Shown piece after piece: positions 63,285 through 64,000 of a stretch of DNA of 64,000 nucleotides (positions are counted from its first letter, which is position 1; each line of letters begins with the position of its first letter). The notes beneath the pieces are model-generated. The model was given only the letters and a program-made list of their open reading frames with translations. It made no database searches and was not told where the DNA came from. The stretch lies in the NCBI GenBank assembly GCA_965207585.1, contig CBDBMT010000002.1, forward strand, positions 244,255 to 308,254, written 5' to 3'. The position numbers were made by a program, and so were the translations under genes. Source of the DNA: Dehalococcoidia bacterium. GTDB lineage: Bacteria; Chloroflexota; Dehalococcoidia; Lucifugimonadales; UBA3495.

Positions 63285-64000
63285 CGGTCACCTCCAGTGT
63301 GAAAAGCTGGTTGAAGTCGCTGACGCCGAGGGCCTTCAGCATCCGTTTCTGGATGCGTCCCGAAGGCGCCCGACCTCCGTTGACCAGCAGGGAGACGTGG
63401 GCGGAACTGACTCCCATTTCCCTGGCGAGCCAGTTCTGGGAGCGGTCCAGCTGGGACAGCCGCTCCCAGAGGGCCGCCGCGTCGAGCCGGACCACGGTCC
63501 GCCCCCCACGCCCCCGGGCGCCTCTCGGCCGGCTCCTATGTTGCAAGGGCGTGGCGGTTCCCCTCCTATCGGGAAAAGAACGGGGTCCTTCCAGTTGCCC
63601 TGCCCCGCGTTCCTTTACGTGGCCCTCCGCCGGCGCGGACAACAGGCTGACCGGCTCCCACCGGCCCGGCGTCCGCCAGGCCGGGCCCAGCGGTCCCCGG
63701 GACTGTACGGCGGCCCTATCCGAGACCCACAGGGGCAGGCTGACGCCGGCGCGGTCCATCAGTTCCTCCGCCAGCCGCAGGAAGTGGCCGGCAGCCAGGT
63801 CGTCGTCGAAGACCACCAGGACGGCGGGCGGGACGCCGTGGTCATCGGCAGGCCTCTGGGTGGAGTAGTAGCGCAGGTAGGGAGCCAGGCGGTCTGCCAT
63901 GGTCCCGGGCCGCACGGCGCGGCGCTCCCACTCCAGGAAGAAGGCCCATGGTTCGGAGTAGTCCGGGCCCCGCCGCAGCAGGCCGAAGGCGTCGGGATGC
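63271..64000 (-). CDS. replication-relaxation-like protein fused to a C-terminal XRE HTH; 5' end lies beyond the window
   Basis: The frame is open to 64000. ...FFLEWERRAVRPGTMADRLAPYLRYY... resembles the Replic_Relax pattern. C-terminal LDRSQNWLAREMGVSSAHVSLLVNGGR. Confidence 0.5.
   Translation of the reverse strand, partial: HPDAFGLLRRGPDYSEPWAFFLEWERRAVRPGTMADRLAPYLRYYSTQRPADDHGVPPAVLVVFDDDLAAGHFLRLAEELMDRAGVSLPLWVSDRAAVQSRGPLGPAWRTPGRWEPVSLLSAPAEGHVKERGAGQLEGPRSFPDRRGTATPLQHRSRPRGARGRGGRTVVRLDAAALWERLSQLDRSQNWLAREMGVSSAHVSLLVNGGRAPSGRIQKRMLKALGVSDFNQLFTLEVTDDQP

Noticed and set aside
1-64000. Search for reverse transcriptase, retron, DGR or group II intron signatures, and for rRNA or tRNA genes
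   Set aside because: No YxDD-type RT motif-bearing ORF, template/variable repeat pair, or tRNA-like cloverleaf was recognised. The repeat similarity among the Calx-beta genes is explained by protein-domain repeats.

Overview
High-GC bacterial chromosomal window made mostly of accessory DNA; the taxon cannot be assigned from sequence alone. No rRNA or tRNA gene, reverse transcriptase, retron or DGR was recognised.

Layout, left to right:
- 1-7.6 kb: a decayed mobile/defence patch. It holds a membrane-anchored nuclease-like pair, a frameshifted FtsZ/tubulin-like gene, and fragments of a beta-class DNA methyltransferase and a DUF499-like ATPase.
- 7.8-9.6 kb: mutL.
- 9.7-18.4 kb: a complete minus-strand type I-C CRISPR-Cas locus, ordered cas3, extra HEPN gene, cas5, cas8c, cas7, orphan divergent repeat, cas4, cas1, cas2, leader, 5-repeat array.
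- 21.6-39.6 kb: five consecutive giant secreted Calx-beta/FN3 repeat proteins. One is split by an IS, and the largest is preceded by a C13 homopolymer.
- 40.2-44.1 kb: an intact methyltransferase-HNH gene with nuclease and wHTH neighbours.
- 45.6-48.7 kb: remnants of an SNF2 helicase and a methylase.
- 50.5-52.8 kb: two tandem NTase-HEPN fusions.
- 53-54.5 kb: an IS1-like element.
- 54.5-64 kb: two related nested integrative elements, with XRE/ImmA, RHH, two serine recombinases, HicAB and five paralogous small HTH genes (four in tandem).

Most novel-looking signals:
- The HEPN gene and the repeat-like RNA element embedded in the I-C operon.
- A conserved, structured roughly 90-nt leader that ends at the start codon of two different defence-type genes.
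- The methyltransferase-HNH cassette.
- The tandem HTH paralog array.

All functional calls rest on motif recognition by eye. No database search was run.
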